Assembly: GCA_964247055.1 (NCBI GenBank)
Contig: OZ176051.1
Coordinates: 4,712,001-4,776,000 of the forward strand
Origin: Paragordius varius
Taxonomy: Eukaryota; Animalia; Nematomorpha
Length of the DNA stretch: 64,000 bases
Direction of reading: 5' to 3'
This document shows, piece after piece, positions 15,201 through 28,369 of the stretch; the first letter of the stretch is position 1; each line of letters begins with the position of its first letter. The notes under the pieces are model-generated. The model made no database searches, had not been told where the DNA came from, and saw only the letters and a program-made list of their open reading frames with translations. A program made the translations under genes and the position numbers.

Positions 15201-18200
15201 GCATTTCTAACAAATTAGATTCTACTTCCTTTTGTGTAATTGCTTCTATTGGTCTATCAGTAGCTTCAACTGTATTTGGCAAAAATATCTCGCCTACCCC
15301 TTCATCTAAACTCACAAAGTACTCTTTCCATCTTTTTAATATTTCTACATTTTCGCACAGCAAGCTTCCATCTTTTCCTTTTATTGCAGTCGCATAACCT
15401 GGCAAATCCATCCTGCGTTTATTCCTTTGCTGCGCAACTTTATACACTTTGTTTAAACCTTGCTTACTATTTAACTCATCATAAAATAAATTCATTTTTT
15501 CTTTCTTAACCTGACCGACTAATTTTTTCAATTCCTTATTTAAACTTTTATACTTATCTCTATCATCATCATTCCTTGTATGTCTCCATTTGTCAAAAGC
15601 CTTACCTTTTTCTCGTGACATCAATATTATTCTTTCATCGTAAAGCCAAGCCTCTCTGTATACTTGAGATTTTCCGCCTTTTAATCCACAAACTAGAGTT
15701 CCTGCCTTTTTGATTAACTGACTTACTTTATCCCAATCACCATTTAACCCTCCATCCTCGGATAACCGTATTTCTTTTATAAAAGCCTGCCTTTTTTCGG
15801 ATAATTTCTCCCACTTAATACTTTTTAATCTCTTTGAATAAGAACCACTTTGTTTAGACTTTTCTTTCACGAAAAATTTACAAATAAGTAAATTATGTTG
15901 CGAACTAACCTCTAAGTTTGGCACGACCTTACAATCTATCACAAGCTTCAATAAATCTCTTGGAACAAGTATAAAATCTATTTGAGATTTGTTTATGCCG
16001 CTCTTAAAAGTTACTAGATGACTCTCTCTTTTTTCGAAAAACGTGTTCGCTATCGCCAAATTGTGAGATTGTGCAAATCTGAGCAAATTAATTCCTTCCT
16101 CGTTTCTTTCTCCATGAGAATGTCCCCCGTGCCATATTTCAAAAGATTCCCTTTTTGAACCAAGATGACCATTAAAATCCCCACATAAAAACTTGACTCT
16201 GAGCTGAGGGAGAGCGACTATTTTTTCATCTAAAGTCTCGTAAAATTGCTCCTTCTCTTGTTTGGGTAAACCTATTTGCGGGGCATATATACTAAATACC
16301 GTTATGACCTCGTTACCTACCAAAATATCTAAATTCATGACTGTTATAGCGTCTAACCTCTTTAACCTGATTGGACAATTTGGGATTAATGATAATTGCC
16401 ACTCCATTTCGTCCGCCACTTTCACCTGAGTAATATAGTCGATAATTCTCTTCCAAAGTCCTTGCTCCGTTTCCGCGGTAACGAGTCTCTTGTAATGCCA
16501 AAATATCAATATGTTTAACTTTCATTATTCTCACAATATCATTTAACTTACTTTTCAATGAACCAACATTTAAACTAGCAAAATACAGGCATCTCGTATT
16601 CCTTTTCATTCTCTTTGTATTATTGGCCACAACACCAAAACCGCGGCTGGCCAGGCCTGACCGGTTATTACTATACACATCAATATTCATTTGACAGCTT
16701 TAAACAAACAAAATAAAATAATAAAATTGAAGTGTCGAACTAATTATGACAAATTGATAGATGTTAAAAAAAAACCTAGGCTATAGGTATAAACGGAAAT
16801 TATATTTCGCAATAAAAAAAATTAAAGCAAAAATTATGTATAAAACAATATAAATCAAGGGTTATTTTATGTGTCATAGTAAAAAATAAAAATAAATAGT
16901 GCTACAATACTTATCCAAGAATACGATCTATATATTTAAGAGAATATTAATAGGCAAATTATAGGAAAAGGCCAACGGTAAGTCCTACGTCCAAAAACAA
17001 AATGGGAATAGGTATGTTATAACAAAATTTAAAGTATAGGATAAGTGATAAATAGAATAAACTTTGAAGATAAATAGATAAGAATTTAGAATTTTTTCTT
17101 TTGTGTAATGTACGAACTCGCGCGCGTACAAATCAGATGTATTCTAATTTGTCATGGTTTAACAGAATCAAAAATGACCTGGTGTATTGGTTTAAACAGG
17201 TGCGACGTTCACCAGTTATAAAAACACGAACCATCCCAAATCCAAGTAGATTGACACGAGATTCACATTTATCAACTAGTAGTGTGGACAAAATTAAATA
17301 TGTTGTCGCATCGAATATCCTCTATCTATTATATTACTTGTGCCTACTTTCTCTGGTCGCTTATTTGTGTTATGAGTTAACTTGCGACGTAATGGCTTAC
17401 AAAAGAGTTCCCAAAACTCATAGGGCAAACTCTACTACTGATTCTACTGTAGTTGCTAGAAGAACTCCTAATGAAAACAATATGATGACTACATGTTGGA
17501 TTAATTTTAATAATCGGAATAACTTGTTTATACAACAAATAATTTTGGGTGTAATTGTGTATGTGATGATTGCTAAATGCATGTTGAAAAAATGGGAATT
17601 TGAAATGTTTGAAAATCCCGCAGGAATATTAACATTTTCTACCAAGAAAATGAAGTGTGCACGCATATGCCAACCCTTTTTACTTATTTTATATCAAATA
17701 CTGATCGTATTTGTACTCTACATTCCTAGTCAAAATTTATTTTCCACCGTAAGATCATCTAATAAAAACCTTGAATATTTGGCCCATACTTATCCAAATT
17801 CTACAACTATGCACTCGTCTATACTTATCAATTTAATGAGCAAAAGTAATTCACTCTTTTACATAGTTGCAAGGGAAGTTATAACTAAAATTATACCAAT
17901 GTTGATATTTTTCTTTCTCCATATAATTTTATCTAAACAGCAAAAAACATTGGTTAAACAAAATGAAAATAATGTTAAGCTTGTGTTAGATGATGTTCCA
18001 ACCAAACGTATAAAACCTATCACTAGGAAACAAGATGATTCCATATCCGATATTACTGGTGAAAACTTGACAAGTTTTGTAAAAGTTAAATTCCACAATA
18101 AAGGAACACAAGTGGAGCCATTGCTTTTTAACAGCTCCCCATCCACAAACGATACTACAAGCATTGCCCAGCGAAAATTTTTAACGTTCGATATACCTCA

Positions 18201-18402
18201 CAATATATTTTTGGGTCAATTTATATGCCTTATTCCTTTGGTTGGACTTAGTATCTATTTTTATAATCGACCTTTGGGTGATAACACAATGCCCGTTACA
18301 CAAGTTCAATTACGGAAAATGTGGTATTTTATTATGCTCGTATTTGTCGATTTACCTTTGCTGGTGAAGGCTTGTGGTTGGATGTGTCGGGTACCACCAT
18401 AA
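12240..18402 (+). CDS. Divergent 7TM receptor C, join(12240-12334, 17166-18402), 443 aa; intron 1 contains the RTE element
   Basis: The hydrophobic exon MRDYLSVYQYIFWVLLLIGGVYCLIRILSMY(R) ends AG|GT in phase 2 and matches the acceptor TTTAACAG|A at 17165. The ORF has the family motif YIVAREVITKIIPML. Exon 2 is certain; its pairing with exon 1 is inferred. Confidence 0.65.
12412..12712 (+). repeat. Near-perfect 151/150-bp tandem duplication
   Basis: The unit TAGAATGATATAAGG...TTTTACACAACT starts at 12412 and again at 12563. The copies differ by one substitution and one T in a homopolymer. Confidence 0.95.
13757..17144 (-). mobile_element. Full-length RTE-clade non-LTR retrotransposon (about 3.39 kb)
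   Basis: A 17-bp direct repeat TAATTTGTCATGGTTTA at 13740-13756 and 17145-17161 (TSD). A (TAA)n tail follows the stop codon, and the 5' UTR is about 450 bp. The single APE+RT coding region has the RTE-type C-terminus RLRWFGHIERR...GKRGRGRPKTKW. Confidence 0.95.
13771..16690 (-). pseudogene. RTE endonuclease-reverse transcriptase ORF with one frameshift near 16340-16350
   Basis: The APE N-terminus (FASLNVGSL, ILALQETR) is in ORF 16313-16690. It continues in another frame (VFSIYAPQ, LCGDFNGH, QIDFILV, YQGSSLSP, MYADD) in ORF 13771-16509. No other disruption seen. Confidence 0.9.
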
Positions 18403-19990
18403 CTGTACCATATTAAAATGCATCATCAATTTTTTTCTTCATATCTGTGTGTATATGCAATAATTCTTAATTTTATCAGTAATCATCGGACTGTACAAAA
18501 AATAAATTATATTTTCCCTTCTATTCCTGAACTTCTTTATGCGTTAAATCTTTTTATGTTTTATAAGCATTTTGATTAACCGTTTCAAATGGAATTTAAC
18601 AATATTTGACAAATATAAATACTTTTAAATTGAGTCTTTCCTCGCAATTACCCCCATGGAAAAGAAAATATCCACATTTTGGAAATCGTTATTTGGTGGG
18701 GTTGGAGTTTACTATGATTTAGGAAAAGTTATTTGGCATATTGTGTCTGCGCTGGCCAGGGAGTCAATTTAGTAATACTTTTAAAAAGAAATTTATATGA
18801 CCAGCCACTTCTTTTTAATATCAATCGCTAAGTTATTCGCACACTCAATATCCATAAAAGATTGTTGTAAACTCCATTGAAACATAAATAATTTTCTAAT
18901 ACTTTAGATGAAATAAAAATGATGAAAATAATAACCTAGGCTTTTCTAGTTAAATTACAAAAAAGTTTCAACATATGTGGGATTTTTCAACTCTCCTTAG
19001 TCTTCCTTTAAGTCATTGATAGAAACCTATTGTGTATTAAAACTGCCGCGCCGATGCCATAATTCGGTTTGTTGTGGTTTAAAGATTGAAATTTTTGGTG
19101 CGACGCGGTTTGCCTTATTATATCGATGGTTTTACTGATACGTAACCCCATATTAAAAAATATAAAAAAAACATCATATTTTTGATATATAACGTCTTAT
19201 TTTTTCATAATTTAGACTTAAATGGAATTTATGCAAAAAATTTAATATTTTTATTCAATTAATAATTTAAACACACTATTGTTTTATTAGATATTGCTTT
19301 ATATTGACATTCCTATAATCTAAGCGAGAATAAAATGCATAAAATAGTGCAATATTGTATTTTGATTCGAATTTATTTGTGTTTATGACAATAAAACATT
19401 TAAAATAGTTTATGGATCACATTAGGTCGTTTTTTGTGGAATTTTATAAAATAAAATAACCAGTGGAGTATAAAAAGGTAGATCAGGATTTTACAATATG
19501 GCCATGATTTATATACAGTAACGCGAGATATCAAAATAGGCCAATCAATATTTTAAATAACTAAAAGGGGAGTTAATTTTCATGTCCGTTGCCATATATG
19601 AGATTATTAGTTTTATATTTAATTATATAATGTACTTTCTCCTCAATTTTCAAAAATGTAACTAATAAAAACGAAAAATCTCATGTATGATAACAGGACA
19701 TGATAATTTAATATCCTTTTAGCCATTTAAAATACCGAAACGGCTTGTAATAATAGTTGTCGTTACTGTAATATGTAGGAAATAAAAATAAATGCAAATA
19801 CAAAGCAGATCTTAGTAGGGACAGACAGACAGGGAAAGGGTTAAAACATTCGACTCTCAAAGGAAGAAATAAATTTCTATGGCTGAATATGTGACCAATG
19901 GCACTCATTTATTGTACAGTTTTCTTTTCTTTCCATAATATCCGCAGCAGCATAAGTTTGTTTAACAGATACCATTGTGTTAGTTTCATT

Positions 19991-22900
19991 TCAAAATCCC
20001 TTAATGTAACAATAACTCTCAAGACTAGCTAGGAGTAGATAAATCAACCAAAACGCAATAAATATAGCTGCCGTAGTATTTTTCCACCCCCGTGGTCCAC
20101 CCAATTCCCCTTTGGTGAAATAGCGTTTAATCATGAGAACTATAATAGCTATAACAGCTAGCACACAATAAATGGTGACAGAAAAGGCTAAAGAACCGGG
20201 GTCAACATAAAAGACAGTTCCTTTCTTCACATGGTATATGGCAGCTATGGTCCAAGCCAAACCTATAATTATTTATTATATTTTAATTAAAAGAGAAAAA
20301 TAATTGAAACACAATACTTGAGAAGAATATTAATAAGCTTTACAAGTAGCAAGACAATTATTCTAAAGTCTAAGGTTAATTAGATGAGCAAAGTGAAAAT
20401 TAATGAAAAATATTTATCATAATCTTATTTTTGAAAACTTCAACTTTCCACTCGTAAAAATTAGGATAAAACTTTTAAAATTTATGACCACGATTGCTTT
20501 AACATAATAATATAAAATTTGTATTTTTGGGGAAAAAATTAGATCATAATAACCAAGTATTATTTTATTATCAATTAAATTTTCTTAACAGATCTTTTTT
20601 ATTGTAATTACGTATATATAATATGGTAAAATTTCAGCTATGACTACCTCCTGCATTCATCATCATATTTTAACGTAATGTTACAATGATACCAGTTAAG
20701 GTTAATCGATTCAAATAATATAATTTTATGGTATCAAACTCTATAAAAACAGATAAACGACAATCAAACTTAAACTAATTGGATACTTTTCTAAAAATAT
20801 AAATTAAAATAGTTATTTATATATATATTTTACCAATTCCTAGGAAGACGTTAACTGCATTGCTCCCAGTTACGTTTCCTATACTGGCGTCGGCATAGTC
20901 ATCTTGTGTGGCGGCTACTTTACTAGCAAAAGTATCTAAAAATATATAAACCAAAAAATGTAAAATCGAGTTTTTTAAAACAAAGTAAATTTTAGTTAAA
21001 AAATTAAAGGTTTTAAATAAATTTGTCTATGGATAAATATGTGGAAAATATAAAATTAAATGATATTGAATCTTGGCATAAATATGTTAGATTTATGGTT
21101 AACGGCCAATAATATAGCAGAAATAAACATGGTTTATGATTATTTTTTGAAGTAACACCCAAGTATTAAATAACAGTCACCGCTAATTTTTAAACAGGAA
21201 TATTTACTTATATAAAACAAAAAAAAATTACTTTTGCGATAAAAAGTTTTTCGCCTTTAAAATAGTTTACATATCATGAACAGTAATAACTACACTAAAA
21301 TGTAATGCAGTATATAAAATAGATAGCTATATTTATTCCAAAAATTATGGGTCTATAAATAAATAAAATGAAAATACCTGGAACACTGGTGCCGAGCGCT
21401 ACAAAAGAAATAGCTGTAACAGCATCTTTGAGTCCAATCGTACAACCAAAGGCAGCGGCCAAATCCCCAATCAAAGCGGTCAGTATTCCGATCCAAATGA
21501 TGGCAAAAACAAAACATAACCAACCACCCCAATATTCTGTGTGTGTTTATGAAATTATACGTTTGTTAAAGGATAATTTTAGCGTATTAAATAGCTTGCA
21601 AAAGGCTGCAATGATTAATTACTTATATAAATAGTTTATTTAAACTGTTTGAGATTATTTAACGGTAATTTTCGTTAGAAACCATGCGTGACAAAAAAAC
21701 GTGATTTAATTATATCGAATTTGACAAAACTTCGTAAAATTCGGCAAAATGTTGATTGTTTAATTTGTCAGCGAAAACTTAATAAAAAGTTTGAGATGCA
21801 AGAATATAAAATATAAATGCTTATGGTTTTTTTAAAATAAATTATTATGTAGGACCTGTCGGTGGGATGGTTGCAAACAGCACCTTCCAAAAAAGTGTGA
21901 GGACATGGAAGAAATAGTCGGTACAACTTGGTTTAACCTTAATCTGTTCGCCCTTCTCAGTGGTTTCTTCTCCTGCAAAAAATACAACAGAATTAAATTG
22001 TTTCTTATAAACTATCATACAAAAATATCTTATATGGCAAATATATTGTTATAGTGTTAAACTATAGCCAATTTTGCTCGAGCTTAAGACTGTTTAAATA
22101 AATTAAATGTTTTAAGTTTTCATCATATTTATAACTGTAACTAACAAAGAGAAATATATATATATACGTATGCTTTAAATATTGATTTTCAAATTAAACC
22201 ATTTGCCACAAAAACCAATTATGAGAGAAAGAATAAATGATATATTGCCAGCATATTTGAAAAAGCAATTATCGCTATAAATATAATCACAAAAACATAG
22301 AAGGACATTTGGAATTTTTCGTATATATAAAAACATAAATTTACACAAAAAATATAAAATAATAAATTTTAAATTAGTTCTATGGCTGTGGATGTTAGAG
22401 TTTTTGAAAAGTAATATAAATTAAAACATTAAAAAATGATAAAAAAAACCTCCAATTATGAATGCTTCTCTAAATTGATCTTTCCATGTGCTGGTTCCAA
22501 CCAACAATGCCATATTAGTCTTTTTCAATAATTTATCTATCGTATTCTATGTGGTAACAGAAAAATTATAAATTGAATATATAAAAACCTTTTCAAAGTT
22601 TATTGTTTTAACAAAATGCGCAAAAAAACCTACCTTGAAGAGTTTACTTTCTCTAATGACGATTGTACAAACGTCAGGGCTCCCAAGTTGGGGATACCCT
22701 TTTTCTAAGTCTGCATCCGTTTCATTAAATGGTTTTGGACTGGGTATCATAGTAACGTCAGTTAGTTGATCTGTAAGTTTTGAGGAAGAGATAAATGGCG
22801 TATTTCAAAAAAGCTATTAAATTTATAAATTTTTCGCTAAATTTTATATTTAATTAAAAGGTAGATATGGAAACATATATTAAAATTTTTAACTGTAAAA

Positions 22901-25900
22901 AATAAAATTTTTAACAAATCTGACCTTCTTTGGTCCACAACGGTTTGCCTAATTTAATTTGGAAGCTGACATTTTTTTCGTATTGTTCCGTGTCATTGAT
23001 TCTCACACATATATAAGCCCTGAAAAAAAAATTGTGAAAAACGATGATAGGATATAATTACTGAATAAATATATATCGCTTTATAAAATATTGCAAGATA
23101 ACATATGCATCAAAGAGCATTATTATTGGTGAATAGCATATATTAAAAAGTGAAAAAATAACTATAGGTTTATGATGTTCCCTTTGCTTTATATTCTATC
23201 TGGTTATAATTAATAAACCAACTTGCAATGTATACATACCTACTTAAACTCTATCATAAAAGTAGTTTGATTTAAATGTATTAGCGTTTTTTTATAACGT
23301 TTAATTACTTACTCTAATTGTTCATTTTCAAAGACTAAATATCCCGTAGCTTTTTCATAATCTTTGGGCTCAGTGCTTTCACTTCCCGCTAATGACAAAT
23401 TACTGATGTCCTTATTTTTGAGGATGGATTTAGTGATATCTGTTCTGTCTTTATCAGATTTTTCTGCGATGATTGGCTTTTCTACCATATCAATTTTTTG
23501 AGATGAAACTAGAGATTGCCTAGGGTTAAGCAAAGATTCTTCACCAATAGCAGTACCATCGACGGTTTCATAAGGGACATAAACTTTGCCCCGGGCCCCA
23601 GTTTTACGGATAACTTTTACATCCAATATACCAGTATTTTCTGCTACCTATTTTGATTAAAAAAAAATACTTTTTGTAGGGTTTGGAAAAATTTTATAGT
23701 CGTTTTAATGAAATAATATATATATTTGATATTTTTTAAAAAAGCTATAAAAAAACTTTTAGGACCGCTAAAATATGATGAGTATAAAGGGTCCAATATG
23801 GTGATTGCAAACTCAATTTTTTTTATCTCAATTACTCTCCAGATATAAAATCACAGTAATTTATTTGATATGCGTAATTAGACCATAGATTAAATATATC
23901 TTATAATGTTAAAATTAATTAGTTACTTAAACAGCGATTAAAACCATAAAAACCTCAACTAAAGACCCTCTAGTATTTTGTTAATAAGAAATAAAAATTG
24001 AATTTCACCTGAATAGTATCCTGATCAAATGAAAACGTTCCAGCATGATCATCATCAAATATCATTACAGTGGCAAATCGAGGATTATCAATAATTAGTT
24101 TTGGTCGTCTTGGTGTACGCACCATTGTTTGAGAAGAACTTCTCAAAAGGTTATTAAAACTTTTTTTGAACGCCTGAGTTTTGGTTGCCATATCTATATT
24201 TAAAGATTCAAAGAATGTTTATGGAAAGAAAAGTAATTGTCATGAATATATAAAAAATTATTAAATGGATTCAACAAACACTGTTACTGAAAAAAAGAAG
24301 TTTCTTAAATCTGTTATGCATTCAGGGGTAAATAAAAGATAATTAAGATTTTTCTTGTATCACGTAAAAATTTTCATAAAAACCGCTGTCTACCAAATTT
24401 ATGAAACATTTTCTAATGTAATCTCGGCCAAAATTTTACGCATTTTTTTAGAAACAATCGTGGGAAAATATTTTAACTGTTGTTTTAACATTAAAACTAG
24501 CAACTAAAGAGTTCAAAAATTATTTAAAATACAATTTCATACCAGGGGAATCTTCGGCAAAACGTAAATTTTTGAGGTCCACATAAAAATATTCATCTTC
24601 TTCAAATAATTCATCATCAATGATTCCAACGTATATGAATGCCTCAATTTTTCCTACAAACATTGTATTAATTTATTAGTAATAAAAAATATGTAATAAA
24701 TGACATCTTTTTGAATTAACCCCAAACTAAGGCACAGTTAAAATGAAATAAAATTGTCAGGATAATATGTGCCTGTGAATAAAAAGTGGTTAATAAAGCT
24801 ATTAAAATTTTAAATTTAAATCATTCTTCTAAACCTAAACTATAATTTAAAGTTCAAACATTGTTTTGAATATATTACTCGTTCCCTGTTATAATTTATA
24901 AGCAAAGTTAATATTTTAAGTGTAAATTTGTATAGCCAAAACCTAAGATAATCCTCATGTTTCCCAATCATAAATGTAACGGAATCGCTAACTGGCTATA
25001 ATCATGTCTTTTTTATTGTAAATTTAAATCAAAATATGATCTTAAAAAATGTCTTTTTTAAATGTATAATCAAGCATACACCTATAGTTCAACATCTTTT
25101 AATGCCACTAAAATATCAAATGTTAAAAAAATATTAACTTCATTTAAATATTTTTATTTTGTATTTATACTTTATTTTTTCATTGAATATTAACTTCAAA
25201 ATATTAAAATTACGAAAATTAATTCTACTAACTTTGTATGTAAATAATTCCTTTGGTAACTTTATAAAATAAAATATATGGGTGTGAAGAATATAAAAAA
25301 TCAAAATATGTTTATCTTATAATATTGTCAAATTAGCCCTAAATGATGTTTTTCTCGCATTATATCATTAAAATAAAAATATTTCAACAAATATTTAACA
25401 CAAAATATATGAATATATGATTAAATTTTATTTTCAAATTAAAACTCAGATTTTTTGAAAGTTTTTAATCAAAAAAGAAATGACGTTACATAAAAAGTGT
25501 TGACAAATCCAAAATAGAAAAAAAAGGTATACGGATAAAATTTTCCTGTATTTTATTTTACTTTTTAGGCTACAAATATTTTTACCTCGTTCAAAGGTAA
25601 GGGTACCTTTGACCGGTACATAATCTTCCACACTTTTTGCTGTTCCATCCCTAGTTTCATAATCCACCAATATAACATGGTTAAGGTCACCAACGCGGAC
25701 AACTCTAAGTTCACATTTCCCCACATTTTCCATACACGTATAATGTCCTGGATCAAAATAGACTCGGGTAACATTATCTTTATCTGTGGTATCTGATAAC
25801 ACCTTAAGCTCTGAGAGGAGGGGAAATTTGGTTGGACTTGTTGTGGATGGCAGGATTGAGCCATTTTCATGTAGTTTATTGGCCAATCGAAAAAACCTAT

Positions 25901-27449
25901 TTTTATCCATCAAATTTCCTTGCTTTGTAAGAAGTTTACGAGTCGCTTGAATCCGATAAAATGCACGACTTTTGGGACCCTTGTTAAGTACGTTGTAAGA
26001 TGCAATACTTTCCAACGTTTTCATGTCAGCCGTTGGATGTTCTTGTCGAGCCTTACTCAAAGCTTGCATATACAGTTGGCGGGTTTTTTCAAATTCTTGG
26101 AATTCATTGTAGGATTTGGTATCCATTTCGTCGGTTAATATTGGTCCTTCACTCCGAGAAAAACGACCGAAAAGAGATTTTCTTATGGAAGATAATCTAC
26201 CACCTTTGGGAGTAAACCTAACATCTGATAGATTATCAGATCTGACGGCATCATCAGGGTGGACATCATACAAGGGTAAAACTTTAGTTGTTCCATCTAT
26301 CATGACAGAAATTCTTCGGCTTGGGGTCGGTATTCCAGTCTCATCTATACGTACGTTAGGTATAATGCTTTTTTTGCCCATCAGTAATTCGTTTTCCCCA
26401 ATAGTATTGTAAATCATAGATTTTTTATATTGGGCCCCATACCGTTTCGGTACGGCCCACCAATGTTTATACATTTGCACATCAACTACATAAGCTGTTA
26501 GCACTGTCAAAGGGAAAAAGGCGAACGTTATCAAAGCCTCAAGCAATGTAACTTTGCCCGGACTAATAACGGCTAAAATGAGATAGAGCCAAATGTAAGC
26601 AAAGATACTCCATGTTGCAGTGATAAAAAATACTCGTAAGTATCGAATTTTCCTAAGTTCGGGAGATGGGATAATTAGTATACAAATACCGACTATAATA
26701 AATAAATTGAAAGCTGCACTCCCTACTATAGTTCCCGGTCCCAAATCCCCCGCTTCAAAGTTTTTACCCATAACCTCTATGATGGATAAAAGTATTTCGG
26801 GCGCTGAGGAACCCAAAGCCATTAGTGTTAAGTTGGATACAGTTTCATTCCAAATACGTACGGTAACAATGGTTACATCTTGAGCATTTTTAAGTATTTT
26901 ACGATCCTGGCTAGTGGCAAATAAGTTTGTCGGTGAAAGCGATCTCCTGACCGCTACATCTTTTTCTTTTGAAGTTATCACCTCTATGGCAGCCATAAAT
27001 TTGTCAGCAACGATCGATACCCCAATAAACAAATATATTAGGGCAAGAAAATAGATAAAACCTCTTACAATAGTTGCAAATAAAATTTGGCGTTTTAACC
27101 CTTTTATTCGCTCAACATTCGTATTGTAAGGGTAGTAAAGTGATTTAGGATTTGTTATTGAAAGGGATGAAATATTATTCAGCAAATTATTTTGTGGTAT
27201 TATTGGTTTAAGTCTTGATTTGAATGTTATACGATGATTCTCTTGCACCAATCTGTACATTTGGTGTTTTAAATGAGTTATATCTGGTTTCCACATTGGA
27301 ACTATCAAACCATCTTTACACGGATTTCCCTCCCTACTGCAATTATGTTGCAATCCTTTGGCCTCAATATTAGTAAGAAATCGTAAAATTGGATTGGAAC
27401 ATAATATATAAATTAGGATAGTTTTGAGCGGTGTTAATTTTACCGACAT
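19991..27449 (-). CDS. NCX: Na+/Ca2+ exchanger (SLC8/NCX family), 11 coding exons, about 1157 aa
   Basis: Exons 25586-27449, 24543-24653, 24009-24193, 23313-23647, 22925-23019, 22634-22770, 22450-22546, 21856-21972, 21378-21536, 20834-20935, 19991-20262; all GT-AG with compatible phases (3474 nt). Alpha-1 repeat GSSAPE, Calx-beta [13 protein letters not shown] and DTEQYEKN, alpha-2 repeat GTSVPD...[12 protein letters not shown]. Confidence 0.96.
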
Positions 27450-28369
27450 TTTGCTTCATATATCAGGACAAATTTAATTTTTGTATAAAAGTGTAATTAA
27501 ACCACTAATACACGACGAATAATGGAAACAAAAAACGTTATATTATATTATATATAGATAGATAGGAAAAAATCATTATTTATGTAAAATATATTACATA
27601 AAATAAAAAAAGAATTAATTGATGATTGCGAATGAAGGTTGCGACGGCAATATATTTATTGTTGTATATCTCTATATTATTTAATAATTAATTATATCAA
27701 AATTATAAATGTAAACGTTGGAAAAATCATAAATAAATTTGAGTTAACATAGAAAATTAAATGGGAAAATATTGTGCCAAATTGAGCGAAAAACTACCGT
27801 TTTTATCGAAACAAGATTACTTTATCGCAATTTTTTAAAAATTAAATCAATAAATTTAAATTTATATATGGTGTAACGATTGTAGTTTTAACAATGCCAA
27901 AAATATGATGACAATTCGAAAAATATAAGTATATATATACATATTTTGAATTTTGGTAAATATATGTACGTATTTATTGTGTCATTAATTATTGCACTTT
28001 TTTTCATATGTATGTATTTTTTAGATGTTTATATTTTTTTTTTCAAAAAAAATTGTATGAAAAATCAATAAATTTTTTTATTAAAGCGTGTCTCTTTTTC
28101 TCAATACTTAAGTTTTATTTGCGATTTCCGTTAACATGAATGGTTGAACATATGTAAAATAAAATTACATGATATGCTAAATAAATAATTTACCATTTAA
28201 GAACAGTATGTCTTACAAAAATAATTCTGCAACTGACTTTACTAATAAATCCAATCACAATATTATTTTAATATGTTTTCGTATTAAGGAAAGAGGGGTG
28301 TCGAGCTTGCGGCCCGCGAAATATTGAAAATCCATGATTTGCAAAATTTGCTTACAACTTATTAAAATT

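Noticed and set aside
17101-17165. N-terminus MCNVRTRARTNQMYSNLSWFN of the 433-aa ORF as the native receptor start
   Set aside because: Bases up to 17144 belong to the RTE 5' end and 17145-17165 are TSD/acceptor sequence.
1125-26883. Numerous short opposite-strand ORFs overlapping real exons (e.g. 1125-1349, 9461-9727, 13982-14206, 21368-21634, 26116-26412)
   Set aside because: Explained as antisense shadows of coding sequence; no independent motifs.
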